Below are positions 39,749 through 49,004 of a DNA stretch of 58,171 nucleotides, one piece after another. A program made the position numbers and the translations under genes. Source of the stretch: Kiritimatiellia bacterium. GTDB taxonomy: Bacteria; Verrucomicrobiota; Kiritimatiellia; PWTM01. How positions within the stretch are numbered: the first letter of the stretch is position 1; each line of letters begins with the position of its first letter. The stretch spans positions 1-58,171 of the forward strand of contig JAGOHE010000001.1 in assembly GCA_017996315.1 (NCBI GenBank), given 5' to 3'. Below the pieces are notes generated by a model. It was not told where the DNA came from and ran no database searches. It saw only the letters and a program-made list of their open reading frames with translations.

Positions 39749-40668
39749 GCCGTGCGGGCTTCCTCCTCCCGCACGGCGTCCGCCACGGCGTCCGCCAGCA
39801 GCGAGGCCCCGTTGGGCATGGGGGTGCGCGCCATTTCGAGGCCCAGCGCCCGGGCTTCGCGCTGGGCTTCAATGTCGAGGTCGTACAGAATTTCGATGTG
39901 GTCGCATACAAATCCGATGGGAGCGACCAGCACCCGCCGCCGGCCGCGCGCGGCGAGTTCCCGCAGGACTTCGCCGATGGACGGGCCCAACCAGGGCTCC
40001 GGGCTCGCGCCGGCGCTCTGAAAGGCGAAGGATCCATCGGTCCATCCCGTCTGCTCCGCCAGCAGCGCGGCATGGTCGCGCAGTTGCCGTTCGTAGGCAT
40101 CCCCCGCGTTGCGCGCGCGGACGGGCAGACTGTGCGCGGTGAACAGCAGGTGGGGCGCGTCGCCTCCCGCGCGGAGCATGCGCTGCAGTCCCTCTCGAAT
40201 CTGCCCGGTCCACCATGCGTTGAGCGCCGGCTGACGCCACCATTCGCGCACGAACCGGAACCGGATCGGCGCGCCTTCCGCCACGGCCTCTTCCACCTGT
40301 GCGCGATACCGGTCGGTGCTCAAGTCGGACGCGTGCGGCGCGAGCGCGATCGCGGTCGCTTCCCGAAGTCCTTCGCGCGTCATGGCGGCGATCGCCTCGC
40401 GAATCCGGGGCGGCCCGTGACGCATGCCGACATGGACCGGACGCTCCGCGCCCCGGCGCCGGAGCGCTTCCCGGACCGCTTCGGCCTGTTCCGCCGTGCG
40501 CTCGTTCAGCGGCGATCCGCCCGCCTGCCGGTACCGCTCGGTCATTTCGGCCACGAGCGCATCGGTGGGTTCACGCCCGCCGCGAACGTCGCGCAGAAAA
40601 TCGCGCATATCGTCCAGCCGCGCCGGGCTCCCGTACGCCATCAGCAGAATGGCCGGTTTTACGCTCAC
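39745..40668 (-). CDS. hemH: ferrochelatase (HemH/CpfC)
   Basis: 307-aa ORF with a GTG start overlapping the hemE stop. ILLMAYGSP N-terminus, LLFTAHSLP, and IGFVCDHIEILYDLD motifs. Confidence 0.88.
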   Translation of the reverse strand: MSVKPAILLMAYGSPARLDDMRDFLRDVRGGREPTDALVAEMTERYRQAGGSPLNERTAEQAEAVREALRRRGAERPVHVGMRHGPPRIREAIAAMTREGLREATAIALAPHASDLSTDRYRAQVEEAVAEGAPIRFRFVREWWRQPALNAWWTGQIREGLQRMLRAGGDAPHLLFTAHSLPVRARNAGDAYERQLRDHAALLAEQTGWTDGSFAFQSAGASPEPWLGPSIGEVLRELAARGRRRVLVAPIGFVCDHIEILYDLDIEAQREARALGLEMARTPMPNGASLLADAVADAVREEEARTA

Positions 40669-41735
40669 CCGCCGGCCTCCGCGCCGGTGCGCGCGTGCAC
40701 GAAATCCACCAGCGCGGCCACGCGCTCCGGCGGGGTTTCCTTGAGCACACCGTGGCCGAGGTTGAAAATGTGACCGGGACGTCCGCCCGCGCGCTGGAGC
40801 ACATCGGCCGCCGCCGCGAGCAGCTCAAATTCGGGCCGCAACAGCATTTCAGGATCGAGGTTTCCCTGCACGGCGACATCGTCGCCCAGCGCGTTCCACG
40901 CCTCGTCCAGAGGCCGGCCGGAATCGAGTCCGATGACATCCGCGCCCGTGCGCCGGAGCAACGGCGCGTACTCCTCCGACGCGGTGCGGGTGCTGAAGTA
41001 AATCACCGGAACCGGGCGCGATCCCAGTCGCGCCTGACGGATCGCTTCCCGCGCGTAGGGCAGCACCCACGTTTCAAATTCCGCCGGAGTCATCAGTCCG
41101 GCCCAACTATCGAAAAGCTGGAGCGCGTCGGCCCCGGCGTCAACCTGCGCGCGAAGATACTCCCCTGTCAGCTCCGCCAGACGCTCGCACAACGCATGAA
41201 AGGCGTTCGGATGTTCGCGCAGAAAGCCGAGAGCGACGGAGAAGGTTCGCGAGCCGGCGCCTTCCACCGCGTAACAGGCGAGCGTGAATGGAGCGCCGGA
41301 AAATCCGATCAGCGGCGCGCGACCCGCCAGCGCCGTTTTCGCGCCGCGCAGGGCGTCGAGGGTGAATCCGACGGTTTCCTCCATCGGGCGCCGGGACAAA
41401 ACCCGTTCCGGTTCGCGCAATGGATTACAAATGCGCGGCCCTTCCCCGGCTTCAAAGGCCACTTCGAAGCCAAGCCCTCCGAGCAACGGAAGGATGTCGG
41501 CGAAGACGATGGCCGCGTCCACTTCGAACGCGCGCACGGGCTGCAGGGTGACTTCGACGGCCAGCTCGGGCGTGCGGATCATGTCGAGGAATCCGTGCTT
41601 CGCCCGCAACGCGCGGTATTCAGGCATGTACCGTCCAGCCTGCCGCATCAGCCAGATCGGGGTGCCCTCCGTCGGCTCGCGGCGGCATGCGCGCAGGAAC
41701 CGGTCGGCGCGGCGGAGCGAACCGGGGGCGTTCAT
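40665..41735 (-). CDS. hemE: uroporphyrinogen decarboxylase
   Basis: ORF 40665..42239; the true start is most likely the ATG at 41735 (MNAPGSLRRADRFLRACRREPTEGTPIWLMRQAGRYMPEYRALR), which overlaps the hemL stop. Confidence 0.88.
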   Translation of the reverse strand: MNAPGSLRRADRFLRACRREPTEGTPIWLMRQAGRYMPEYRALRAKHGFLDMIRTPELAVEVTLQPVRAFEVDAAIVFADILPLLGGLGFEVAFEAGEGPRICNPLREPERVLSRRPMEETVGFTLDALRGAKTALAGRAPLIGFSGAPFTLACYAVEGAGSRTFSVALGFLREHPNAFHALCERLAELTGEYLRAQVDAGADALQLFDSWAGLMTPAEFETWVLPYAREAIRQARLGSRPVPVIYFSTRTASEEYAPLLRRTGADVIGLDSGRPLDEAWNALGDDVAVQGNLDPEMLLRPEFELLAAAADVLQRAGGRPGHIFNLGHGVLKETPPERVAALVDFVHARTGAEAGG

Positions 41736-43021
41736 GCCCGAACGCCTTCGGCCGCGAACGCCTGTTCCCACGCGGGCCATGTGCCGTCCAGCACCGCCTC
41801 GGTGTGGGCCGTGGAAAGAAACGCGGCTTCGTACGGCGACGGCGCCAGATACACCCCCGCGCGCAGCAGCGCATGGAAAACCGCGCGGTAGCGCGCGGTG
41901 TCCGTTTGCTGAATTTCCTCGAACGACTGCGGCACACGATCCGTGAAGAAGAGCGAGAACATGCTGCCGACGGATACCGTCCGCACCGGCACGCCGGCGC
42001 TGCGGGCGCGCTCGGCGATGGCGGCCACATACGCGCGCGTCCGGCGCTCCAGCATCTCGTACGGGCGATCCGCATCCAGCCGGCGCAATGCCGCCAGACC
42101 GGCGGCCACGGAGACCGGATTCCCGCTCAGGGTGCCGGCCTGATACACCGGCCCCAGCGGAGCAAGCTGGTCCATGAGCTCCGCCCGTCCGCCCAATGCC
42201 CCGACGGGCAATCCGCCGCCGATGATTTTCCCGAGGCAAACGAGATCGGGGCGAAGGTCGCCGCCGAAGATTGACTGAACGCTGCCATAGGTCAGGCGGA
42301 AGCCGGTGATCACTTCATCGAAAATCAGCAGCGCGCCGCATCGCGCGGCCGCATCACGCAGTCCGGGCAGGAATCCCGGCTGAGGTTCGATCAAACCCAC
42401 ATTCGCCGCCACGGGTTCGACGATGATGGCGGCAAGATCGTCGCCATGCGCCGCGACCAACGACTCCACATCGTCCAAATGGTTATACCGCGCCACCAGC
42501 GTATGCTCGACATACGCGTCCGGGATGCCCGCCGAGGTCGCCGCGGCCAGACCCGCCACGCCGCTGCCGGCGCGGACGAGCAGGCCATCGGCATGGCCAT
42601 GGTAACAGCCGCTGAATTTGAGAATCTTGTTCCGTCCGGTCGCGCCGCGCGCGAGGCGCACCGCGGTCATGCAGGCTTCCGTGCCGGAACTCATCAAGCG
42701 GACCTTTTCGACCGACGGAATCGCCGCGCAGATGCGCTCGGCCATCTCGATCTCCGCTTCCGTGGTGACCGCGTAGCTGGTTCCCCGGGCGGCGGCCTCC
42801 ACGATCGCGCGGGTCACATCGGGATGCGCATGGCCGAGGATCAGCGGGCCGAACGACATGCAGAAATCCACCCGCCGTTGGCCGTCCGTCGTTTCAATAT
42901 GCGCTCCCTCCGCGCGGCGGGCGTAGAGGGGCTCGCCGCCAACCGACCGGAACGCCCGAACCGGGCTGTTTACACCACCGGGCATGACGGCTTCGGCTCG
43001 AATTTTCAATGACGGGGCCAT
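41732..43021 (-). CDS. hemL: glutamate-1-semialdehyde 2,1-aminomutase
   Basis: 429-aa ORF. MPGGVNSPVRAFRSVGG and the PLP-lysine region DLVCLGKIIGGGLPVGA. Confidence 0.92.
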   Translation of the reverse strand: MAPSLKIRAEAVMPGGVNSPVRAFRSVGGEPLYARRAEGAHIETTDGQRRVDFCMSFGPLILGHAHPDVTRAIVEAAARGTSYAVTTEAEIEMAERICAAIPSVEKVRLMSSGTEACMTAVRLARGATGRNKILKFSGCYHGHADGLLVRAGSGVAGLAAATSAGIPDAYVEHTLVARYNHLDDVESLVAAHGDDLAAIIVEPVAANVGLIEPQPGFLPGLRDAAARCGALLIFDEVITGFRLTYGSVQSIFGGDLRPDLVCLGKIIGGGLPVGALGGRAELMDQLAPLGPVYQAGTLSGNPVSVAAGLAALRRLDADRPYEMLERRTRAYVAAIAERARSAGVPVRTVSVGSMFSLFFTDRVPQSFEEIQQTDTARYRAVFHALLRAGVYLAPSPYEAAFLSTAHTEAVLDGTWPAWEQAFAAEGVRA

Positions 43022-43110
43022 GGGGGGAGCCTAACAAAAGCGCGGCGATCTGTCAGGTCGAAGGGGCGCACCGCGCGCGCGCCGGCGCGCCGCGTTCAGG
43101 CGCGCCGCGT

Positions 43111-44115
43111 TCAGGCGCGGTTCCAATCCAGAATCTGCGGCGTGAAGTACGATACGATCGCATCCGCGCCCGCGCGGCGCAGGCCGAGGAGGGATTCCTC
43201 CACCGCGGCGCGCAGGTCGAAGGCGCCGGCGGCGGCGGCATGATGCAGCATCGCGTATTCGCCGGATACCTGGTAGGCCAGCACGGGCACGCGCACCGCG
43301 TCGCGCACGTCGCGAATGATGTCCTGATAGGGACCTCCGGGTTTCACCATCACCGCGTCGGCGCCTTCGGCGATGTCGCGCTCCACCGCGCGCAGGGCCA
43401 GCGTCCGCGAGGCCGGCGGCAACTGATACGCGCGCCGGTCGCCGAAGGCGGGCTTGGATTGCGCGGCGTCGCGGAAGGGGCCGTAGAAGCACGACGCGAA
43501 CTTGGCCGCATAGCTCAAGATCGCCACCGGTTCGAAGCCCGACGCGTCCAGCCGGGCACGGATGGCGCCCACCCGCCCGTCCATCATGTCGGAGGGCGCG
43601 ACCACCTGCGCGCCGGCGGCGGCATACGCTTCGGCCACGTCCGCCAGCCGCGCGATGCTCGCCGCGCGATCCATGGAACCGTCGGCGCACAGCAACCCGC
43701 AATGGCCGTGATCGGTGTACGCGCACAGACACACGTCGGTGATGACGAGCAGCTCGGGGAACGAGCGGCGCAGCCGCGCGACCGCGCGCGGAACCGGTCC
43801 CCGGGGATCATCCGCGCCGCGTCCCTCCGGATCTTTCGGTCCTCGAGGTACTCCGAAGAGCAGGACCGATCGCAATCCTTGTTTCACCAGCGGAGCAAGC
43901 GCTTCCTCAACGCGGTCCGCGCCCCAGCGCCACTGGCCGGGCATGGACGCGATGCGTTCACGCGCGCGCGGGGAACCGGAGACAAAGAGCGGATAGATGA
44001 GCCGAGCGGGTTCCGTGTTCGTTCCGGCGCCGCCCTGCCATTCGCGCAGGACCGGATGCCCGTAGCCCGGATGCAGCCGTGTCGAGGCCGGACGGTTCGT
44101 GTCAGCGGGGGTCAT
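43111..44115 (-). CDS. hemB: porphobilinogen synthase (delta-aminolevulinate dehydratase), Zn-type
   Basis: ORF 43111..44304; likely start is the ATG at 44115 (MTPADT...). Cys-rich zinc site [14 protein letters not shown] and the active-site Lys region [16 protein letters not shown]. Confidence 0.9.
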   Translation of the reverse strand: MTPADTNRPASTRLHPGYGHPVLREWQGGAGTNTEPARLIYPLFVSGSPRARERIASMPGQWRWGADRVEEALAPLVKQGLRSVLLFGVPRGPKDPEGRGADDPRGPVPRAVARLRRSFPELLVITDVCLCAYTDHGHCGLLCADGSMDRAASIARLADVAEAYAAAGAQVVAPSDMMDGRVGAIRARLDASGFEPVAILSYAAKFASCFYGPFRDAAQSKPAFGDRRAYQLPPASRTLALRAVERDIAEGADAVMVKPGGPYQDIIRDVRDAVRVPVLAYQVSGEYAMLHHAAAAGAFDLRAAVEESLLGLRRAGADAIVSYFTPQILDWNRA

Positions 44116-45508
44116 AAAAAAGCTCTCCTTCCAAGCCGAGGTTCCGAAGGGCTTCCCGCGTCGGTGGGCCGATCGCAATCCATCGCCGCCGCGCGGATCG
44201 TTCTTCGGGATAATGTTCAAAATACGCGGCCACTCCGCTGGGACTTGTGAACAAGACGCGGTCAAACTTCGCGGAGGGCAACGGGCGGCGCGGATGCGGT
44301 TCAACGGAGTACATCGGCTGCGCCGCGAGCGTGACGCCTTTCGAGCGCATGAGTTCCTCGCGTTCGCCGGCGGGGGCCGCTTCGGAACACGGGTACCACA
44401 ACCGCGCGCCGTCCACCGTCGCGGCGGGCAGCGAGGCGAGTCCTTCGAATCCCCGGCCGGTCACGTCCGCACGGAATCCCATACGCTCCAGTTCGCCGGC
44501 GGTTGAGTCGCCGACGGCGCACAGTTTCTTGCCCGCCAGCGCGCGCGGGCCGGGGCCGTGAAACAGCGCGTCCATCGCGCAGCGCACAGCATACGGGGAT
44601 GCGAACAGCACGCCGTCACCATCGCGCAATCCGCGTTCGATCGCCACCACTCGTTCCGCGCGCGGCCGGGGAACCATGCGCAGCATCGGATGCCAGATCA
44701 TCGGGCGACAGCGGAAAAAATATTCCGGGCGCTGTCCGGTGAAGAGCCACGCGGGGGATTCTCCATCCAAGGCTTGGATGGAATTTTCCGATTCAATCCA
44801 AACCTTGGATGGCGCGGCGTCCGACGCCGGCGGGTCCAGCAGGGTCCGCCGGAAATCGAGCGGCCGCAGGCGTTCCTCCCATTCCGGTTCGGCGGCGCGC
44901 GCGACAATGGCGAGATGCCCCTGCAGCGGCGCGGAGGGACCGGGCAGATATCCCTGGATAATCCGGCTCAGACCCAGCCGGTCGAGCGCGCAGGCGGCGA
45001 TGATGAGCACGTCGTAGTCGCCCCGATAGAGCTGGGCGATGCGATCGCCGATGGTTCCGCGGATGGCCCGCACCGCGCAACCCGGCCAGCGGGCCGTGGC
45101 GGCTTCCATGCGCCGGGGACTGCTGACCCCCACCCGCGCGCCGGAGATTTGACTGGGATCCCATCCCGGACGGAAGACAAATGCGTCGCGCGAATCGCGG
45201 GCGGGCAGCAGGCAGGCGACGGCGAGTCCATCGGGCATGCGCCGCGGCAGGTCTTTGGCGGAATGCACGGCGATGTCGGCGCGCCGGTCCCGCACGGCTT
45301 CGTCAATATCGCGGGTGAAAAAATCGTCGGGGGTCTCGGGCGCGCCGAGCTCAAGGGATGTGTTGCGATCGCCGGGGCTGTCCAGAAACAACGACGCCGG
45401 TTCGGCATCCGGAGGCCACACGGGCCGCATCTCGGACACCGCTTCCGTCCATTGGGCTTGGGACAGCGGGCTGCGGCGAGCCGCGACAATTATTTTCCGA
45501 GGGCCCAC
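44102..45508 (-). CDS. hemCD: fusion protein: porphobilinogen deaminase domains 1-2 (HemC) + uroporphyrinogen-III synthase (HemD)
   Basis: 468-aa ORF. N-terminal half: [15 protein letters not shown]..., [40 protein letters not shown] (HemC). C-terminal half is HemD-like (VLFASPYAV...[12 protein letters not shown]). No HemC domain 3 or cofactor Cys is recognisable. Confidence 0.8.
   Translation of the reverse strand: MGPRKIIVAARRSPLSQAQWTEAVSEMRPVWPPDAEPASLFLDSPGDRNTSLELGAPETPDDFFTRDIDEAVRDRRADIAVHSAKDLPRRMPDGLAVACLLPARDSRDAFVFRPGWDPSQISGARVGVSSPRRMEAATARWPGCAVRAIRGTIGDRIAQLYRGDYDVLIIAACALDRLGLSRIIQGYLPGPSAPLQGHLAIVARAAEPEWEERLRPLDFRRTLLDPPASDAAPSKVWIESENSIQALDGESPAWLFTGQRPEYFFRCRPMIWHPMLRMVPRPRAERVVAIERGLRDGDGVLFASPYAVRCAMDALFHGPGPRALAGKKLCAVGDSTAGELERMGFRADVTGRGFEGLASLPAATVDGARLWYPCSEAAPAGEREELMRSKGVTLAAQPMYSVEPHPRRPLPSAKFDRVLFTSPSGVAAYFEHYPEERSARRRWIAIGPPTREALRNLGLEGELFYDPR
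44765..44810. repeat. Pair of TCCAA-N3-TTGGA palindromes 31 bp apart, inside the hemCD coding sequence
   Basis: CCATCCAA-GGC-TTGGATGG (8-3-8 perfect) starting at 44763, and ATCCAA-ACC-TTGGAT at 44796-44810. Encodes [18 protein letters not shown] in the HemC-HemD linker. Confidence 0.7.
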
Positions 45509-46392
45509 GTGTCGGCTCCCTCGGCGATGATACGCGCGGCGTGTTCCGCCCGGCGGCGGCGTTCATCAAGATTTCGGTGGGCCCGCGCCTCCACCTGTTC
45601 CAGGGTCTGAATATGCACGCCGGCAAGCTCCCGCACGTCTCCGGCGCAATCGGGAGGCGCGCCCAGATCAATGATGTGCAGGGGCCGGGACGACTTCTTC
45701 AAATGCCGCGCGTGAACCACGGGATGAGGCGCGGCCGTCGCGGTCACCAACCCGGCAATCCCGTCGAACAGCGATTCCAGCTCGTCGAGCCCTCCGCTGA
45801 ATCCGCCGACTTCCTGCGCCAGCTGCAAGGCATGCGCCGGGCATCGGCCGACGATGCGCACGGGAACTTTTCCCCGCTTGGCCAGCACCCGCACCACACT
45901 GCCGGCCAGACGGCCGGATCCGACCACCGCGATCGGAGATCCCGGCTCGGTGACTTCCATTAGAGCGCGCGCCGCGAGAGCGGCGATGGATGTGCCCGCG
46001 CTGTCGATCCGGCTGACCCGCCGGGCGCGGCGGGCGAGCGCCAGCGCGTCCTGGAACATGCGGTCGAGCGCCGCGTCGCGAACTCCGCCCTGTTCCGCGA
46101 ATTTCCGGTACGCATCCCGCACCTGGCCCAGCACTTCGAGTTCGCCGAGCACACGACTCTCCAGCCCCGCCGCGATGCGCGCCAGCCGCTCGAACGCGTC
46201 ACGGTGTTCCACCGACCGCGTCACGCGGAACGGATGATCCGGCAGCGCCCGTCCGAAACACTCCAGCCGCTGGCAGGTATGCAGCACCAGCACCGGCACC
46301 GGCGTCGCCTCGCATATCTGCCGCACCCACACCTCCCGCCGGGCGGGCTCGTCCGACTCCATTTGCCAGGCTCTGAGGGCGGGTGTGCTCAT
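45490..46392 (-). CDS. hemA: glutamyl-tRNA reductase, compact form (~300 aa)
   Basis: Catalytic Cys motif LHTCQRLECFG, NADPH-binding IAVVGSGRLAGSV. It ends soon after the NADPH domain, so it lacks most of the usual C-terminal dimerisation domain. Confidence 0.8.
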   Translation of the reverse strand: MSTPALRAWQMESDEPARREVWVRQICEATPVPVLVLHTCQRLECFGRALPDHPFRVTRSVEHRDAFERLARIAAGLESRVLGELEVLGQVRDAYRKFAEQGGVRDAALDRMFQDALALARRARRVSRIDSAGTSIAALAARALMEVTEPGSPIAVVGSGRLAGSVVRVLAKRGKVPVRIVGRCPAHALQLAQEVGGFSGGLDELESLFDGIAGLVTATAAPHPVVHARHLKKSSRPLHIIDLGAPPDCAGDVRELAGVHIQTLEQVEARAHRNLDERRRRAEHAARIIAEGADTWALGK

Positions 46393-46404
46393 TGGACTTC
46401 CCGG

Positions 46405-47061
46405 TCACATCGCCGATCCGCGTCGGCGGCGCCATAATACCAGGGACCGCGAATCGCGGACCGTTCGTTCGCCCCGCCCGCGGTCCACCCCATCCATTGC
46501 GGCATGGAATCCGTCTCGGTGTTCCGCGGAGGGCGCGTGATGTTCATACGGTTCCGGAACGCCGACGACCGGCGCAAGGCCGTTGCCGGCGTTCCGGCGA
46601 TTCCGTTGTGCCTTTCTTTTTCGATCCTGGCAGGCTCGACACCAACCACGGAATTCCACATAGACCGACTCCATCCGCCCCATCGCCCGCACCTCGGACG
46701 GCGGTGAAAGCCGGTCAAAATCATCGCTGTAAAAATCGCCCACGTGCCCGCACTTCGTGCAGATGAAGTGATGATGGCCACGGGTGTTGGGATCGAACCG
46801 GGCCCGGTCCTGCTGGGGTCCCACGCGGGAGATCAGACCTCTGTCCTCGAGACACCGCAGGGTTCGGTAGACGGTATCGAGGGAGAGGCGGGGAATCCGG
46901 CGGCGCACGCGCCGGCAAATGGCGACGGCATCGGGATGTTCCGTGGACCGGGCGATCTCGCGCATGATTTCCATGCGTTGCTTCGTGGCCTTGACACCCA
47001 TGCTCCGGCAGGCTCGGGCCGAATCCCGCGCCCAATCCATTTGAATGTAGTCCGGGGTCAT
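46405..47061 (-). CDS. fur: Fur-family transcriptional regulator with a ~65-aa C-terminal extension
   Basis: 218-aa ORF. Winged-helix TKQRMEIMREIARSTEHPDAVAICRRV...SLDTVYRTLRCLEDRGLI, and metal sites HHHFICTKCGHV...CRAC. Lies 13 nt upstream of hemA. Confidence 0.8.
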   Translation of the reverse strand: MTPDYIQMDWARDSARACRSMGVKATKQRMEIMREIARSTEHPDAVAICRRVRRRIPRLSLDTVYRTLRCLEDRGLISRVGPQQDRARFDPNTRGHHHFICTKCGHVGDFYSDDFDRLSPPSEVRAMGRMESVYVEFRGWCRACQDRKRKAQRNRRNAGNGLAPVVGVPEPYEHHAPSAEHRDGFHAAMDGVDRGRGERTVRDSRSLVLWRRRRGSAM

Positions 47062-47524
47062 GCGCTCAACATACTAAAATAGGAATGATTCCGGATTGGA
47101 CTTATCGGCCATGGCCGCGCGCGACGCAAGCTATTTTTGTGCGTCCCGCGAATTATTTTCCGCCCGCTCCGCGGCGGCGGCTCCACCGTCCCCGACGCCC
47201 GGTTGAACCGTCGGCAGCCGCAGCGGGTGTGCGGTGACCGCCGCGACGATCGCCCGCAGCCGAGCGAGCCCCAAGTTCATAGCATCCGGCGGGTTTCGGG
47301 CTGATTGCGGTGCAGGCCGGACCGCAGCTCGAAATGGCCCGATAGGAGGGCTTGGCTGTCCGTGAACACCTGCAGCGTTTCAGATGGGGTTGGCGGCGGG
47401 GCGGTGATGAGGGGTTTTCAGGGGTTCGATGGAAGGACAGCGCGAGGGGGATCTTGACGGCCTGAGCCGCTACGGCTCATTCAAGAGGCTGACGCCATTT
47501 CCTGAGCTGCTCGTTTCTTCACGC

Positions 47525-48220
47525 TCAACGTCGTAGAGCGTCAAGAAGCACCCAGTCGCCGGGAGCGCGTTCGTATTTCCAGAATTTCCAGCCGTTGCAG
47601 CTCCGGCGGTTGCAGACGCGCGCGCCGGCGACGGAGGGGGATGTATAGACCGCGCCGGCCATGAGGATCGAACCGTTGCGGCGGACGCGGGCGACGATGG
47701 TCCGGCCCTTGTATCTGGCCTTCAGAATCATGGGGCCGGAGATATAGTCGGCGAGAATGGCCTTCCGGCCGTCTTGTGGTGCGGCGGATTCCCGCGTCTT
47801 GTGCGGCTTGCAGACGTCATCAAACAGGCCATCGAGATCAGCCAGTACGCAACGCTTGATGTCGCGGCGGAACCGGCGGCGAAGATCCTCTGACTTCGCA
47901 AACTTGCCCTTCTGCTTGTTGCCCTTCGGCTTCACGACGCGGAGAATGAGGGCTTCAAGCTCACGCAGGTGGTGGTCGCCGATGGTGAGATAGACGGAGA
48001 AACGATCCCACGATTGGCCGTGGCGGTCGCTGAGGTGATTCTTCAGCCGGTTGCGAAGGTTCGTGGCAAGGCCGACGTAGTAGAGCTTCCCCTTTCGATA
48101 GAGGGCGTACACGCCCTGTCTGCCGCGGACGTACTGCCGGATAATTTCCTGGTGTTCCTCCAGCGCCTGGCGCGAGATGTTTTCAAGGTGCTGGCAAACG
48201 AGTTGGGCGCTCTTCTTCAT
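47525..48220 (-). CDS. GIY-YIG nuclease-domain protein with a C-terminal RAMA/DUF4357-like domain
   Basis: ORF 47525..48388; likely start is the ATG at 48220, overlapping the upstream stop (ATGA). GIY-YIG core GVYALYRKGKLYYVGLATNLRNRLKNH. C-terminus YTSPSVAGARVCNRRSCNGWKFWKYERAPGDWVLLDALR is the restriction/methylase-associated RAMA pattern. Confidence 0.7.
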   Translation of the reverse strand: MKKSAQLVCQHLENISRQALEEHQEIIRQYVRGRQGVYALYRKGKLYYVGLATNLRNRLKNHLSDRHGQSWDRFSVYLTIGDHHLRELEALILRVVKPKGNKQKGKFAKSEDLRRRFRRDIKRCVLADLDGLFDDVCKPHKTRESAAPQDGRKAILADYISGPMILKARYKGRTIVARVRRNGSILMAGAVYTSPSVAGARVCNRRSCNGWKFWKYERAPGDWVLLDALRR

Positions 48221-48921
48221 AGCGGCAGCTCGGGGTTGCGTTCGCCCACGAGACGCTTGGCGCCTTCTATCGTGTATATCGCGCCGCACTGTGGACAGCG
48301 CAGGATCCATTCGTAGTAGTACTGCTGGCCGGGCTTGACCTTCCGAGAAGTTTGCTGTTTGACCACGGGCGTCCTGCACTTGAAGCACGGATGGCCTTCG
48401 GATATTGCGGGAGGCTCGGGGTTAGCGAGCAATGCTTCGAAGCCGGCGTCAGGTTGCAGGTCGGGCCTCATGGACGCTTCGACGGCAAGACGGTCTGCGG
48501 CATCATTATCCGCGTCGTTGTTGTGGCCTCGTAACCACTCGACCGTGACCGAATGCTGTTCGATCAACGTCACGAGTTCTTGCCAAAGATCGCTGTTCTT
48601 GGCGCGTTTGTTCGCGGAAATCCACCAGCCCTTCGCGCGCCACTTGACCGCCCAGCCTTCTCCAATAGCCTTGGCCAGATACTGCGAATCGGTCCGGAAG
48701 GTGACGCGACACCTGCGTTTGAGCGCCTCAAGGGTCTTGATTGCCGCCATGATCTCCATGCGATTGTTCGTGGTCCGCCGATAGCCGCCTGACAAGGTCC
48801 TGCGATGGGTTCCGCTGATGAGAACGACACCATACCCACCGGGGCCGGGGTTGCCACGACAGGCCCCGTCGCCATAAGCCAGGACTGCGGGTGCGTCGAG
48901 GTCGTCTTGGTTTGAGGTCAT
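48217..48921 (-). CDS. ribonuclease HI fused to a C-terminal CxxC...CxxC zinc ribbon
   Basis: 234-aa ORF. RNase H catalytic motifs DGACRGNPGPGGYG, TNNRMEIMA, TDSQY, GHNNDADNDAADRLA. About 70 extra aa at the C-terminus with CFKC...CPQC. Confidence 0.8.
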   Translation of the reverse strand: MTSNQDDLDAPAVLAYGDGACRGNPGPGGYGVVLISGTHRRTLSGGYRRTTNNRMEIMAAIKTLEALKRRCRVTFRTDSQYLAKAIGEGWAVKWRAKGWWISANKRAKNSDLWQELVTLIEQHSVTVEWLRGHNNDADNDAADRLAVEASMRPDLQPDAGFEALLANPEPPAISEGHPCFKCRTPVVKQQTSRKVKPGQQYYYEWILRCPQCGAIYTIEGAKRLVGERNPELPL

Positions 48922-49004
48922 GCGCGGACCCTCATGCGGTTACAATTCTCCCTTGAAAGCGCGGTCGAGGATCGACGGTTTCATTGCGCGACGGGTCCGA
49001 TCTT

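Noticed and set aside
40665-42239. Long N-terminal extensions of several ORFs (hemE 524 aa, VWA protein 829 aa, sulfatase 786 aa, hemB 397 aa)
   Set aside because: The extensions are Arg/Gly-rich and overlap the upstream genes. Internal ATGs that coincide with upstream stops (ATGA overlaps), or that precede signal peptides or conserved N-termini, give family-typical lengths.
47110-47280. 57-codon minus-strand ORF (MNLGLARLRAIVAAVTAHPLRLPTV...) in the fur/GIY-YIG gap
   Set aside because: It falls below the track cutoff and has no recognisable motif. GC3 decays toward the 3' end. It may be a gene remnant at the islet border, but this cannot be supported from sequence alone.
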